Assembly (NCBI GenBank): GCA_964015875.1
Contig: CAXHEV010000003.1
Span: forward strand, 22,947 to 86,946
Direction: 5' to 3'
Origin: an uncultured Candidatus Poseidoniales archaeon
GTDB lineage: Archaea > Thermoplasmatota > Poseidoniia > Poseidoniales > Poseidoniaceae
DNA: 64,000 bases
In this document: positions 18,104-29,110 of the stretch, piece after piece
How positions within the stretch are numbered: the stretch's first letter is position 1
How the letters are laid out: each line of letters opens with the position of its first letter
The notes under the pieces: model-generated
What the model was told of the DNA's origin: nothing
What the model saw: only the letters and a program-made list of their open reading frames with translations
Databases searched by the model: none
Program-made: the position numbers and the translations under genes

Positions 18104-19345
18104 ATGACCGAGAGAGTGACAGCCACGACAACGCCGTACACCATCGGCCGTCCACCCTTTCGGCCCGGTGATAAGGCTGACTTTGGTGGTAAATTCAAGG
18201 AACAACCCGGTGATTTGAACCGCCCAGACCCTCTCTCGTGCTCCGCACAAGATACCGTTGACCATGCTGTTGGCTTGGTACGTGTCCTCAATGACGATGG
18301 ACAAGCCAAGGGCGAATGGGATCCAAAGTTGGATGCTGAGACAATGATTCAGGGCCTTGAATACATGATGCGATTACGTATTTTTGATGATCGAATGATC
18401 AAAATGCAGCGCACTGGAAAACTTTCATTCTACATGCGATCTTTTGGAGAAGAAGCCATCGCTATTGCCCAAACAATGGCCCTTGAAACTCAGGATTGGA
18501 TTTTTCCATCCTACCGACAACCCGGTGCACAATTCGTGCGTGGACGGGACATGGTCAGCATGATTTGCCACTGCATCGGTAATACTGAAGACAACGTCAA
18601 GGGACGTCAGATGCCAGTTCACTACACTTGGAAAGAAGGGCGGTTTATCTCCATATCCTCACCTGTTGGCACCCAATTCTCCCAAGCTGTTGGTGTGGCC
18701 ATGGCAAGCGCCTACAAAGGTGATGACGAAGTGTGTATTTCGTGGCTTGGCGACGGTACTTCCGCTCAGGGCGACTATCACTATGCTCTCAATTTCGCCT
18801 CCACCTTCAAGCCTCCAGTCATCCTCAATGTCGTCAACAACCAGTGGGCTATTTCCACTCACGCTAACCTAGCAACTGGCGGACGAACCTTCGCTGAACG
18901 CGGGCTGGCTTACGACATTCCTTCAATTCGAGTGGATGGCAACGATTTCCTCGCACTTTACAGTGTAACAAAGTGGGCTCGAGACCGCGGCGCTGCTGGA
19001 TTAGGTGCCACTCACATCGAGGTCTACACGTACCGTGCAGGTGCCCACTCTTCTTCTGATGACCCATCGGCCTACCGGCCAAATGATGAATTTGAATGCT
19101 GGCCGGGTGGCGACCCGATTGAACGTCTCAAGGATTATTTGATCAAGAACGATATGTGGGATGAAGAACGCAACGCAGCACTCGCTCAGAAAATCGATGA
19201 CGAGGTGATGACATCCTACAAGGCTGCATGCGAATTTGGTGATTTAGCAAGTGGTCCCTATCCGCCCGCATCGACTATTTTCACTGAAGTGTACGAAACT
19301 GTACCATGGCATGTTCAAGAACAACGAGAGGAACTTGGTAAGTGA
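18104..19345 (+). CDS. bkdA1: Branched-chain 2-oxoacid dehydrogenase E1 alpha
   Basis: TPP motif GDG...NN QWAIS, YRQ, GRQMPVHY, HSSSDDP; N-terminal RPGDKADF like proteobacterial BkdA1. Confidence 0.9.
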   Translation: MTERVTATTTPYTIGRPPFRPGDKADFGGKFKEQPGDLNRPDPLSCSAQDTVDHAVGLVRVLNDDGQAKGEWDPKLDAETMIQGLEYMMRLRIFDDRMIKMQRTGKLSFYMRSFGEEAIAIAQTMALETQDWIFPSYRQPGAQFVRGRDMVSMICHCIGNTEDNVKGRQMPVHYTWKEGRFISISSPVGTQFSQAVGVAMASAYKGDDEVCISWLGDGTSAQGDYHYALNFASTFKPPVILNVVNNQWAISTHANLATGGRTFAERGLAYDIPSIRVDGNDFLALYSVTKWARDRGAAGLGATHIEVYTYRAGAHSSSDDPSAYRPNDEFECWPGGDPIERLKDYLIKNDMWDEERNAALAQKIDDEVMTSYKAACEFGDLASGPYPPASTIFTEVYETVPWHVQEQREELGK

Positions 19346-19355
19346 GGTGGCGATG

Positions 19356-20366
19356 ATGGCAGACATGAACATGATCAAAGCACTGAACTCCGCCCTTGAA
19401 GTTCAACTAGAGAAGGACCCAAACATCGTCATTTTTGGTGAAGACGTCGGTTTCTTTGGTGGTGTTTTCCGCGTCACTGATGGATTACAGAAAAAATTCG
19501 GTGAACACCGTGTGTTTGACTCCCCTCTTGCCGAAGGTGGCATTGCTGCAATCGCCATGGGTATGGGTTTGAACGGACTTCGTCCTGTTGCAGAAATTCA
19601 ATTTGCCGACTACATCTTCCCGGCGTATGACCAAATTGTCAATGAAATTGCCAAAGTTCGTCACCGCTCTGGTGGCGAATTTACGGCCCCACTCACCTTC
19701 CGCACCCCGGCTGGTGGAGGCATCAAGGGCGGTCATCATCACTCGCAATCACCTGAAGCACAATTCACTCACACACCTGGTTTGAAAGTCGTCTATTGTT
19801 CAAACCCCTACAACGCGAAGGGCTTGTTGACTGCGGCGATTGAATGCAATGACCCAGTCATCTTCTTTGAACCAAAGCGATGCTACCGCGGCCCATTTTA
19901 CGGCGACCCACACAACGTACCAACATGGTCCGGACACCCAGATGCTGAAGTGCCAGAAGGTCACTTCATCGTCCCACTTGAAGAGGCTCGTGTTGTTCGA
20001 GAAGGTGAAGCTTGCACGGTGATTGCTTGGGGTACAATGGTCCACGTCTGCGAGCAAGCGATCAAGGATTCTGGTGTTGACTGTGAACTGATTGACTTGC
20101 AAACGCTGGTTCCTTGGGACCGTGATACTGTGGTCAACTCCATCAAGAAGACCGGACGATGTGTTATTGTCCATGAAGCTCCAAAGACAAGTGGGTTTGG
20201 CGCCGAGATGAGCGCTTCGATTCAAGAGCGCTGCTTCTACCATCTTGAAGCACCAATCACTCGCGTGACAGGTTGGGACACACCCTTCCCTCACACAACG
20301 GAATGGGATTATCTTCCTAGTCCAGAACGAATTGCAGAAGCAATAAAGAAAACACAGGAGGAATGA
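19356..20366 (+). CDS. bkdA2: 2-oxoacid dehydrogenase E1 beta
   Basis: FGEDVG, EIQFADY, HSQSPE, FFEPK, HEAP; SD GAGGTG at 19344-19349. Confidence 0.92.
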   Translation: MADMNMIKALNSALEVQLEKDPNIVIFGEDVGFFGGVFRVTDGLQKKFGEHRVFDSPLAEGGIAAIAMGMGLNGLRPVAEIQFADYIFPAYDQIVNEIAKVRHRSGGEFTAPLTFRTPAGGGIKGGHHHSQSPEAQFTHTPGLKVVYCSNPYNAKGLLTAAIECNDPVIFFEPKRCYRGPFYGDPHNVPTWSGHPDAEVPEGHFIVPLEEARVVREGEACTVIAWGTMVHVCEQAIKDSGVDCELIDLQTLVPWDRDTVVNSIKKTGRCVIVHEAPKTSGFGAEMSASIQERCFYHLEAPITRVTGWDTPFPHTTEWDYLPSPERIAEAIKKTQEE

Positions 20367-20368
20367 AT

Positions 20369-21655
20369 ATGGGAACATTTGCATTTAAAATGCCAGATAT
20401 CGGAGAAGGCGTCGTCGAAGGCGAAGTTGTAGAATGGATGGTCGCCGTTGGAGACACCGTCAAAGAAGATGATCCAATTCTCTCAGTGATGACCGACAAA
20501 GCAACCGTAGAAATCCCATCACCAGTTGATGGTACTGTCACCAAAGTTGTCGGTGAAGCCGGTGATATCCTCCCTGTTGGTGTCGTGTGCATTGAATTCG
20601 AGGTCGATGGTGCTGGAAACGCATCCGCTTCTGAAGAAGCACCTGCGAAGAAAGCCGCTCCAGAACCAAAGGAAGAACCAACACCTGCTCCAGCAGAACC
20701 CGCACCTGCACCTGCCCCAGCACCTGCTCCAGCCGAGGCACCTGCTGCTGCCCCAGTGGCCCGTGCACCTGGGACTAAGGCGCTTGCCAGCCCTGCAGTA
20801 CGACAGCGAGCGCGAGAAGCAAACATCAGCCTCGACCATGTTGCCGGATCCGGTCCTGGCGGTCGAATCAGTCATGCTGATTTAGACGCCCACATCGCTG
20901 GAGGTGCCTCTGGAGCAAGTCGAGCACGTCCGATGGGTGGTCGTGCACGAACTGAACTCAATGGGACCGAGACCATGAAGGTCATTGGACTGCGCCGCAA
21001 GATTGCAGATTCTATGATTGCATCCTACTCAACCATACCTCACTTCTCGTACTTCGAGGAAGTGGATGTGACTGCACTTGAAGAACTCCGCCAACACCTC
21101 AACGCAACTCGACCGGAAGGTGCTCCAAAACTTACCTACTTGCCTTTCATTATGCAAGCGCTTGTCAAGGCACTTGCTGAGCGCCCAGAGTGCAACGCAC
21201 TCTACGATGACGAAGCAAATGTGGTTACTCGACACGAAGCGATTAACCTCGGCATCGCTACGCAAACTGACCGTGGATTGTTCGTCCCAGTTGTCAAGCA
21301 CGTTGAAGCGATGGACATCTGGCAATCTGCCACAGAAATGGTTCGCGTCACTGGCGCAACCCGTGAAGGCAAGGCCGGAGTGGAAGACCTCAGTGGTTCC
21401 ACCTTCACAATCACCAGCCTTGGACGACTCGGGGGACTTGGTGCGACACCAATAATCAACAAGCCTGAAGTTGGCATCCTTGGAGTCCACAACGCCACGG
21501 ATCGAGCTGTGGTTCGAAACGGCTCAGTCGTCATTCGCCGAATGATGAACCTCTCATCCTCATGGGACCATCGCGTTGTCGACGGTCACGACGGAGCAAG
21601 CTTGGTTCAATTGGTCAAAACATACCTAGAGAATCCAGCTACAATTTTCATGTGA
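20369..21655 (+). CDS. bkdB: Dihydrolipoamide acyltransferase E2
   Basis: Lipoyl motif MTDKA, Pro/Ala linker, E3-binding ASPAVR..GRI, catalytic DHRVVDG; SD AGGAGG. Confidence 0.93.
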   Translation: MGTFAFKMPDIGEGVVEGEVVEWMVAVGDTVKEDDPILSVMTDKATVEIPSPVDGTVTKVVGEAGDILPVGVVCIEFEVDGAGNASASEEAPAKKAAPEPKEEPTPAPAEPAPAPAPAPAPAEAPAAAPVARAPGTKALASPAVRQRAREANISLDHVAGSGPGGRISHADLDAHIAGGASGASRARPMGGRARTELNGTETMKVIGLRRKIADSMIASYSTIPHFSYFEEVDVTALEELRQHLNATRPEGAPKLTYLPFIMQALVKALAERPECNALYDDEANVVTRHEAINLGIATQTDRGLFVPVVKHVEAMDIWQSATEMVRVTGATREGKAGVEDLSGSTFTITSLGRLGGLGATPIINKPEVGILGVHNATDRAVVRNGSVVIRRMMNLSSSWDHRVVDGHDGASLVQLVKTYLENPATIFM

Positions 21656-21667
21656 GGTTTGATTGAT

Positions 21668-23098
21668 ATGGAGACAAAAAAGTGTCAAGTTCTCGTCATC
21701 GGCGCCGGCCCTGGCGGCTACGTGGCCGCTATTCGTGCAGGTCAACTCGGCCTCAAAACCATCATTGTTGAAGGGGAAAAAGCAGGAGGTACGTGCCTCA
21801 TTCGTGGATGCATTCCATCAAAAGCCCTCATCCATGCAGCCCACAAGTTCCATGATTTGGCAAAGCATGCTGCAAAGGATGGTCACATGGGCATCTCGAT
21901 ACCAGGTCCTGCAGAACTCAACATGGCAGACCTCATTGGATGGAAAGAAAACATCGTTAATCGCCTTAACAAAGGAGTCGAACATCTTCTCAAGAATGCA
22001 GGAGCGGAATTGATTACCGGATGGGCAGAATTTCAGGACGCAAAAACTGTCAAAATTGGTGAAGGAAAAGATGCGATAATCGTCCAAGCCGATCATGTCA
22101 TCCTAGCGAATGGTTCAGTTCCAATTGAATTGCCATTCATGCCTTACGATGAGCATGTTATTTCCTCTCGAGAGGCACTTTCTCTCGAAAACCTACCCGA
22201 TCATGTAGCGATTGTTGGCGGCGGCTACATTGGGCTCGAACTTGGCATCACCTTCCGCATGCTCGGTTCAGAGGTCACTGTTGTTGAAGCAATGGACAGT
22301 GTCTTGCCAATCTTCGATAAGGAACTTCGTCGACCACTTGAAATCGCTATCAAGAAGCAGAAAATCAAGACCCACCTCGGCGTGTTTGCAAAGGGAACTG
22401 AAGCAACAAAGGACGGACGTGTTCAACTCAACTTCATCGATAAAAACGAAAAAGATGACAAAAAAATGCAACATGTCGTTGTCGACAAAGTGCTTGTGAC
22501 CGTCGGACGAAAACCAAACTCTGCGTCGCTTGCACCAACTGGCGTTGCGCTCGATGAACGAGGTTTCGTCAAGGTCAACGACCGTTGTGAAACCAACATG
22601 AAGGGTGTCTATGCCATTGGTGACGTGTGCAACTCTGGCGAAATGCTTGCCCACGTTGCATCCTTCCAAGGAGAGATGGTTGCTGAAATCATTGCAGGTA
22701 AGAAGCGCGCTTACGACCCTGTAGCCGTTCCAGCGATTGTCTTTACTGAACCCGAAATTGTCTCTGTAGGATTATCACCTGAAGAAGCAAAGGCTGCTGG
22801 CCATCCGGTCATCATCGGTAAGTTCCCTCTTGGTGCAAACGGTCGAGCTCTTACTCAAGAAGCTGAGAAATCTGCAGGATTCATTCGGGTCTGCGCTCGT
22901 GAGGACGATCATCGAATCTTAGGCATTCAAGGCGTTGGAACTCATATCAGTGAGTTGGTAGGCGAATGGACACTCGCCCTCGAAATGGGTGCGTTGCTCG
23001 AAGATATCGCAGGCACCATCCACGCCCACCCCACCATGACTGAAATGACCCACGAAGCCGTCTTGGCGACCTTGGGTCATGCTATCCACTCAGCATGA
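21668..23098 (+). CDS. lpdA: Dihydrolipoamide dehydrogenase E3
   Basis: GAGPGGY, GGTCLIRGCIPSK, GGGYIGLE, HAHPT. Confidence 0.95.
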   Translation: METKKCQVLVIGAGPGGYVAAIRAGQLGLKTIIVEGEKAGGTCLIRGCIPSKALIHAAHKFHDLAKHAAKDGHMGISIPGPAELNMADLIGWKENIVNRLNKGVEHLLKNAGAELITGWAEFQDAKTVKIGEGKDAIIVQADHVILANGSVPIELPFMPYDEHVISSREALSLENLPDHVAIVGGGYIGLELGITFRMLGSEVTVVEAMDSVLPIFDKELRRPLEIAIKKQKIKTHLGVFAKGTEATKDGRVQLNFIDKNEKDDKKMQHVVVDKVLVTVGRKPNSASLAPTGVALDERGFVKVNDRCETNMKGVYAIGDVCNSGEMLAHVASFQGEMVAEIIAGKKRAYDPVAVPAIVFTEPEIVSVGLSPEEAKAAGHPVIIGKFPLGANGRALTQEAEKSAGFIRVCAREDDHRILGIQGVGTHISELVGEWTLALEMGALLEDIAGTIHAHPTMTEMTHEAVLATLGHAIHSA

Positions 23099-23194
23099 TA
23101 CTCTGATACAGGGCAAAGAAGTCGAAGGGCTGATCTTTGTCACTGCTGAAGCTGTCAGCACATGGTATGGTAGCCTACCTGTTCGTTGGAAGGC

Positions 23195-25588
23195 TCACGA
23201 ACCGCAACTCAAGCAGTCATCAGGTGAGTCAAGTGAGCATGCAATCGCTTCAAGGCTGGAGATTTCTTCAGCCCTGTCAGCCAAACCACCAACGGTTTGA
23301 TCCTGACCTTTCTTGGCTTCCACTGTGAATTGAATCGCATCTGCGGCTGCCTTGGTTCGCAAGTAGTACATGCCGGTCTTGAGACCCTGCTTCCATCCGT
23401 AAAAGTGCATCGAAGTGACCTTTGCCGGGTTTGCGTCCACCATGTGGATATTCATCGATTGGCTTTGATCGACGTAGGCGCCACGGTCTGCAGCCATATC
23501 GAGAACGTGGCGTTGCTTGATTTCCCATGTGGTCTTGTAGAGTGCCTTGATGTGGTCAGGGATTCCTTCAATGGCCTGAATGGAACCCTTGTGTCGAAGG
23601 ATTTCGTCCTTGATGCCAATGCTCCAGAGATCAAGCGCAATCAAATCTCGGACAAGGTGCTTGTTGAGGACAATGAATTCACCTGAAAGGGTTCGTCGAA
23701 CATAGAGGTTGGAAGTGAAGGCTTCGAAGCATTCGTTATTTCCGAGAATTTGCGACGTTGAAGCAGTCGGCATTGGTGCCAAGAGCAATGAGTTTCGCAT
23801 ACCGTGTTCGATAATTTCGCCCTTGAGCGTATCCCAATCCCAGCGGCCGCTGTGATCATTCATACCCCAAAGGTCGAACTGGAGTTCACCTCTACTTGCA
23901 GGCGAGCCTTTGAACGTCGAATATGCACCTTCTGCAATGGCTGCGTCCTTCGAGGCTGTGCAGGCTGCGAAGTAAATCGTCTCGAAAATTTCCTTGTTCA
24001 ACTTTCGTGCTTCTGGGCTTTCGAATGGAAGCTGTAGCAGAGCAAAGGTGTCAGCCAATCCTTGAACTCCAAGCCCAATCGGGCGGTGACGCATGTTCGA
24101 ATTCCGCGCTTCTTCAACAGGGTAGAAATTGACATCAATGACTCGGTTGAGGTTGCCTGTGGCATGATAAGTCACATCATAGAGCAACTCGTGATTGAAC
24201 GTCTTGCTCTCTGAATCAACATACTTGTTGAGTGCAATTGAGGCGAGGTTGCAGACTGCGACTTCGTCTTTTGCAGTATACTCCATGATCTCGGTACAAA
24301 GGTTCGATGAACGGATGGTTCCGAGGTTCTTTTGATTCGACTTTTCGTTCGCTGCGTCCTTGTAGAGCATGTATGGGGTGCCGGTTTCAATTTGAGATTC
24401 GACAACCTTGTCCCACACGGTTCGAGCAGGCAGTGTTTCGCGAGCAAGGCCAGCCGCCTCGTACTTCTCAAAGAGGGCTTTGAATTCTGCACCATAGGCA
24501 TCTTGAAGCCCAGGGCATTCGTTTGGACAGAAGAACGACCAATCGGCGTTCTGTTCGACACGCTCCATGAACAAGTCAGGTGTCCAGAGTGCGTAGAACA
24601 GATCACGAGCTCGAAGTTCTTCCTTACCGTGATTCTTCTTGAGATCGAGGAAGGCGAGGATATCTGGGTGCCATGGTTCGAGGTAAATGGCGATTGAACC
24701 CTTTCGCTTGCCGCCACCTTGGTCAACGTACCGTGCCGTGTCATTAAACACTCGAAGCATTGGGACAATTCCGTTGCTTTCCCCGTTGGTACCCTTGATG
24801 TAAGAGCCCTTCGAACGAATGTGGTGGATCGACAAACCAATGCCACCGGCGGACTTGGAAATCAAGGCACATTGTTTGAGTGTATCATAAATGCCGTCAA
24901 GCGAATCGTCTTGCATGGTCAAGAGGAAACATGAGGACATCTGTGGGGTCGGTGTACCCGAGTTGAACAGTGTTGGCGTAGCGTGTGTGAAGTATCCCTG
25001 GCTCATTAAATCATAAGTTTCGAGAGCCTTCGTGATGTTTCCATGGTGGATACCAACAGAAACGCGGAGCAACATGTGTTGTGGGCGTTCTGCAATTTCT
25101 CCATTCAAGCGGAGCAAATAAGAGCGCTCTAGCGTCTTGAAGCCGAAGTAGTCGTAGTTGTGATCTCGGCTGTAATCGATGTGGTTGTTGAGTACTTCTG
25201 CATTAGCCATGATGATGTCATAGACTTCTTCTGAAATGAGAGGTGCGTGCTTATTTGACTCAGGGTCGATGTATTCTCGAAGGTCAGTGATGACATCGGT
25301 GAACGTGTCTTTTGTCGAGCGGTGAAGATCATCAACGCAAATACGTGCTGCCAATCGACTGTAATCAGGGTGTTGGGATGCGAGTGAGGCTGCGGTCTCT
25401 GCTGCAAGTTGGTCGAGTTCCCGAGTGGTCACGCCATCGTACAATCCTTCGATCGTCAACTTTGTGACATGACCTGGGTCGACCCATACAGGATCGAGCC
25501 CGTGGGAAAGAGAACGCAACTTTTCATGAATCGCATCAAACCGAACATCTTCTCGTTCTCCTTTCCTGTTTACTACTTGCATTGTCAT
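23195..25588 (-). CDS. nrdA: Class Ia ribonucleotide reductase alpha subunit with ATP-cone
   Basis: [33 protein letters not shown]-terminal CLSCGS; SD GGAGG. Confidence 0.96.
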   Translation of the reverse strand: MTMQVVNRKGEREDVRFDAIHEKLRSLSHGLDPVWVDPGHVTKLTIEGLYDGVTTRELDQLAAETAASLASQHPDYSRLAARICVDDLHRSTKDTFTDVITDLREYIDPESNKHAPLISEEVYDIIMANAEVLNNHIDYSRDHNYDYFGFKTLERSYLLRLNGEIAERPQHMLLRVSVGIHHGNITKALETYDLMSQGYFTHATPTLFNSGTPTPQMSSCFLLTMQDDSLDGIYDTLKQCALISKSAGGIGLSIHHIRSKGSYIKGTNGESNGIVPMLRVFNDTARYVDQGGGKRKGSIAIYLEPWHPDILAFLDLKKNHGKEELRARDLFYALWTPDLFMERVEQNADWSFFCPNECPGLQDAYGAEFKALFEKYEAAGLARETLPARTVWDKVVESQIETGTPYMLYKDAANEKSNQKNLGTIRSSNLCTEIMEYTAKDEVAVCNLASIALNKYVDSESKTFNHELLYDVTYHATGNLNRVIDVNFYPVEEARNSNMRHRPIGLGVQGLADTFALLQLPFESPEARKLNKEIFETIYFAACTASKDAAIAEGAYSTFKGSPASRGELQFDLWGMNDHSGRWDWDTLKGEIIEHGMRNSLLLAPMPTASTSQILGNNECFEAFTSNLYVRRTLSGEFIVLNKHLVRDLIALDLWSIGIKDEILRHKGSIQAIEGIPDHIKALYKTTWEIKQRHVLDMAADRGAYVDQSQSMNIHMVDANPAKVTSMHFYGWKQGLKTGMYYLRTKAAADAIQFTVEAKKGQDQTVGGLADRAEEISSLEAIACSLDSPDDCLSCGS

Positions 25589-25652
25589 GTGTTTTCCTCC
25601 AGTTCATCCATTGAGTGTGATTGCGCAGTATCTTTCTATGTTCGCGTACGGT

Positions 25653-26699
25653 TCAAAAGTCTTCGTCCACTGAGAAGCGTTGTTGGACGCTTCCGAGGGA
25701 TGAATTGTCCATAACACCAGCCTTTTGGTATTCCGCCACCCGCTTCTCGAAGAAGTTGGTTTTGCCTTGCATGGAAATCATTTCCATCCATGGGAATGGA
25801 TTGACTACGTTGTAGAGCTTGCTTGCCCCAAGCGCAACTAAGAGGCGATCTGCAACGAATTGGATGTACTGTTCCATCAAGATGGAGTTCATACCAATCA
25901 AGGACACAGGAAGTGCGCTTGTGACAAACTCGATTTCGATTTCAACAGCTTCTGCGATGATTCGAGTGATCTTTGCAGCACCCGCACCACGAAGCAGCTT
26001 GTTGTGGAGGAGACAAGCGAAGTCACAGTGAAGGCCCTCGTCTCGTGAAATCAATTCATTCGAGAACGTGAGTCCTGGCATCAATCCTCGCTTCTTGAGC
26101 CAGAAGATGGCACAGAAGGAACCTGAGAAGAAAATACCTTCAACGGCTGCGAATGCAACCAGTCGCTCGGCGAATGAGCCCTTCTTACGAGAGAGCCAAC
26201 GCATGGCCCAGTCACCCTTACGCTTGACCGATGGTACGGTTTCAAGGGCCTTGAACAGGTGATCTTTTTCCTTTTCATCCTTGATGTACGTGTCAATGAG
26301 AAGAGAGTATGTCTCTGCGTGAATGTTTTCCATCATAATTTGGAAACCATAGAAGCATCGTGCCTCTGGCCAACATACTTCGTTGGAGAAGTTTACACCC
26401 AGGTTCTCGTTAACGATACCATCGCTTGCCGCAAAGAAGGCAAGGATATGCTTGAGGAAATGTTGCTCGTCGTTGTTGAGCTCTTTCCAATCTTTGAGAT
26501 CCTCTGCAAGATCAATCTCTTCTGCAGTCCAGAAGCAAGCCATTTGCTGCTTGTACATTTCCCAGATATCAGAGTGTTGAATCGGGAAGAGAACAAACCG
26601 ATCGAGATTCTCTTGGAGCATAGGTTCAAGATGTTCTTGACTCAAATCAACTTCGAATCCATCTGCAGGCGCGTTTGTATTACTATGTTCGATGACCAT
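25653..26699 (-). CDS. nrdB: Class Ia ribonucleotide reductase beta subunit
   Basis: [46 protein letters not shown]. Confidence 0.96.
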   Translation of the reverse strand: MVIEHSNTNAPADGFEVDLSQEHLEPMLQENLDRFVLFPIQHSDIWEMYKQQMACFWTAEEIDLAEDLKDWKELNNDEQHFLKHILAFFAASDGIVNENLGVNFSNEVCWPEARCFYGFQIMMENIHAETYSLLIDTYIKDEKEKDHLFKALETVPSVKRKGDWAMRWLSRKKGSFAERLVAFAAVEGIFFSGSFCAIFWLKKRGLMPGLTFSNELISRDEGLHCDFACLLHNKLLRGAGAAKITRIIAEAVEIEIEFVTSALPVSLIGMNSILMEQYIQFVADRLLVALGASKLYNVVNPFPWMEMISMQGKTNFFEKRVAEYQKAGVMDNSSLGSVQQRFSVDEDF

Positions 26700-26932
26700 T
26701 TTTGTATCCCCCTCGTTTCTTTCACGCGCTGGATTTTATTGGCCTTCCGATAGAGTGTATAATATATCCCCTTGTCGAGCATTGGAAATGGTCAATTCCA
26801 GCAGTTATTTTCCGTGTCAGATAAGTGGCGCAGTGTCCCATTGCGTTTCGTTTTCCGCCGGATACTATAAAGGCCGGTTTTTGAATGTAAATTCCACACT
26901 TGAGCAGGGTCCGTTTCCACTCGAATGTTACT

Positions 26933-27274
26933 CTAATTTTTCGATGGTTGATCGGAAACGGAGACAAAACTGCCAACCCATTCATAATAGGGAGGTTGTG
27001 AATCGGCAGCCCAGTGTAAAATTTGAGGAACTTCGTAAGGATGATTCGCGCTTAATTGATCTAAAACTGATGCGAGCGCATCAGCACCCACGGTAAACTG
27101 AACTGACCATTCTTGGGAGGATTGAACCGCTCCTTCCCAACCATACATGGAAGTCACCCGTTGGTGTTCGGCACATGCGGCACCTGCGAGAAGCGCTTTA
27201 TGTTTGAACTCACCAACAAATGCTTCAATCCAATCGCCTGGTAATGTTGTCTTGACCAAGAACACCTGACCCAT
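26933..27274 (-). CDS. cutA: CutA1 divalent-cation tolerance protein
   Basis: SMYGWEG..E, HPYEVPQI, YYEW motifs. Confidence 0.85.
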   Translation of the reverse strand: MGQVFLVKTTLPGDWIEAFVGEFKHKALLAGAACAEHQRVTSMYGWEGAVQSSQEWSVQFTVGADALASVLDQLSANHPYEVPQILHWAADSQPPYYEWVGSFVSVSDQPSKN

Positions 27275-27465
27275 GCGCTGAGGAGGGAGCATTCAGCCTA
27301 AGAGTTGAGTGCTCCATCATAATTGAAAACGGAATTGATTAGATGATTCACGCCATGATAGACTACGTTCCTCAGACGCCTTTGCTTAAGACAATCAACC
27401 TTGATGGCAACCACGCCTCCCGAACGGCTAAGAAGGCCACTTCACAGCATCTCACGAGGGGAACT

Positions 27466-28236
27466 ATGAAACTCAGGTTACATCAATTTCTTTCAAAGAC
27501 GGGGGTCTTTTCCTCAAAGGCCGAAGTAAAACAAGCCATTTGGGACGGAGATATTTCTGTCAATGGTTCAGTGGTCAAGAACATGACCTTCCAGTTTAAT
27601 GTCAATACGAAGCTAGTAACATACAAGGGAAGGGTGCTTGAACTTCATGATGAAGAAGTCCATTTCCTCTTGCACAAACCCCTCGGATGCATTTGCTCGA
27701 GATTAAATTCACATGAACGCTCCCTTGGAAAAGAATCAGTGTATGAAGTGTTCAGAGATCATGTAGAACCCACAACCTTTGAGCGATTGGTTACTGTAGG
27801 GCGCCTTGATGAAAACACCACGGGTTTCTTACTTGTAACTACAGATGGAAAAATTGTTCATCGAATCACTTCACCAGAGCACACTGTGAAGAAAACGTAC
27901 GAGGTTCACACAACACATGACATCAACGATGATCATTTGGATGCGATTCGAAATGGAGTGCGTATTGTTGTTGATGACGGCGAGGCAAGCGCAGCGTATT
28001 GGACAAAGCCTGGAGAGGTTGAACGAACAAGCAAGCGCAGTGTTCTTCTCACCATAGGCGAGGGTAAAAAAAGGCAAATCCGAAGGATGTTCGTTGCTTT
28101 AAACAACCCAGTCACAACCTTGCATCGCCATTCAACCGAATCGATGAATCTTGAAGACTACAATCTACGACCGGGAGAATTCATCGGTATTTCGCGCCGA
28201 GAAATTGTAGATTTGATTTTGAACCCGAGCGTCTAG
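27466..28236 (+). CDS. RsuA/RluB-family pseudouridine synthase with S4 domain
   Basis: RLHQFLSK S4 start, HKPLG, VGRLDENTTG, TDG, KKTYEV, EGKKRQIRRM; SD GAGGGG. Confidence 0.9.
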   Translation: MKLRLHQFLSKTGVFSSKAEVKQAIWDGDISVNGSVVKNMTFQFNVNTKLVTYKGRVLELHDEEVHFLLHKPLGCICSRLNSHERSLGKESVYEVFRDHVEPTTFERLVTVGRLDENTTGFLLVTTDGKIVHRITSPEHTVKKTYEVHTTHDINDDHLDAIRNGVRIVVDDGEASAAYWTKPGEVERTSKRSVLLTIGEGKKRQIRRMFVALNNPVTTLHRHSTESMNLEDYNLRPGEFIGISRREIVDLILNPSV

Positions 28237-28493
28237 TTCGAGGTTGTTGATGAATCTGAACCAAGTCGCTTGAGTCCACGGAACAACAGGCGTGAGAACA
28301 CCATGGATCCGAGTAAAAACAACACAGAAACCCATATTGGAGCTTCTGTTTCACTTGCAAGAAACCAGGTTACGACCAGAATGCCAGCGCCGTAGAAGGC
28401 ACGAAAAATAGCAAACAACATGAACGAGCGAAGAAGAGGATGCTGAAGCATGCGCTGGACAAAACCAGAATCTGTCAAATCCTCTTCTGCCAC
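28233..28493 (-). CDS. Small two-TM membrane protein
   Basis: 86-aa ORF with two hydrophobic segments; fills the gap between neighbouring genes. Confidence 0.6.
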   Translation of the reverse strand: MAEEDLTDSGFVQRMLQHPLLRSFMLFAIFRAFYGAGILVVTWFLASETEAPIWVSVLFLLGSMVFSRLLFRGLKRLGSDSSTTSN

Positions 28494-28590
28494 AGATGGT
28501 GCTCATGCTCAAGGTTGAAAATCATGACATACGAAATTCCTGCTCACAAGGACCCACAACGGTCAAGTGCTGTCCTCAAAAGGGACGTGC

Positions 28591-29043
28591 ATGAGTCGAA
28601 TTGAACTTTCCGTCGACTTCGCAAAATTGCATCCAGATGCTCGCCTGCCAACACAAGGCTCAGCAGATGCAGCTGGCTGGGACCTCTATGCATTGGAGGA
28701 AACAACCGTGGTAAGGCACAAAAGTTCGCTTATTCGCACCGGTCTTGCAACTGCGATTCCTTCGGGCTGGGAAGGCCAGATTCGCTGCCGTTCCTCATTG
28801 GGCAAAAAAGGTATGATTATGCCCAATGGCTTAGGAACAATCGATTCAGATTATCGAGGCGAACTGATGGTCTTGGCGACTTGGATTGGTGAAGGTGACG
28901 CCTTTGTTGTCGCCAAAGGCGAACGGGTTGCACAACTTCTCTTTGCACCAGTGCCAAAGGTAACCATTGTCGAAACAACGGTGGAATCCCTGGGCACAAC
29001 GACGAGGGGCCAGGGTGGCTTTGGTTCAACAGGCAAGTTCTAA
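28591..29043 (+). CDS. dut: Trimeric dUTPase
   Basis: AAGWDL, RSS, GTIDSDYRGE, RVAQL, RGQGGFGSTG. Confidence 0.95.
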   Translation: MSRIELSVDFAKLHPDARLPTQGSADAAGWDLYALEETTVVRHKSSLIRTGLATAIPSGWEGQIRCRSSLGKKGMIMPNGLGTIDSDYRGELMVLATWIGEGDAFVVAKGERVAQLLFAPVPKVTIVETTVESLGTTTRGQGGFGSTGKF

Positions 29044-29110
29044 TGAGTCCGACAAAGCAACTCAACAGTCTAATATACGAGCCAAAGGAAGGGCTAACAG
29101 GGGCATGAGA

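Noticed and set aside
20680..20760. GCACCT/CCAGCA-type short tandem repeats
   Set aside because: They encode the normal Pro/Ala linker of E2; not a CRISPR array or mobile repeat
26700..26932. Cobalamin riboswitch or NrdR box upstream of nrdB
   Set aside because: B12-box and core riboswitch motifs not found; the AT-rich stretch is better explained as a TATA box
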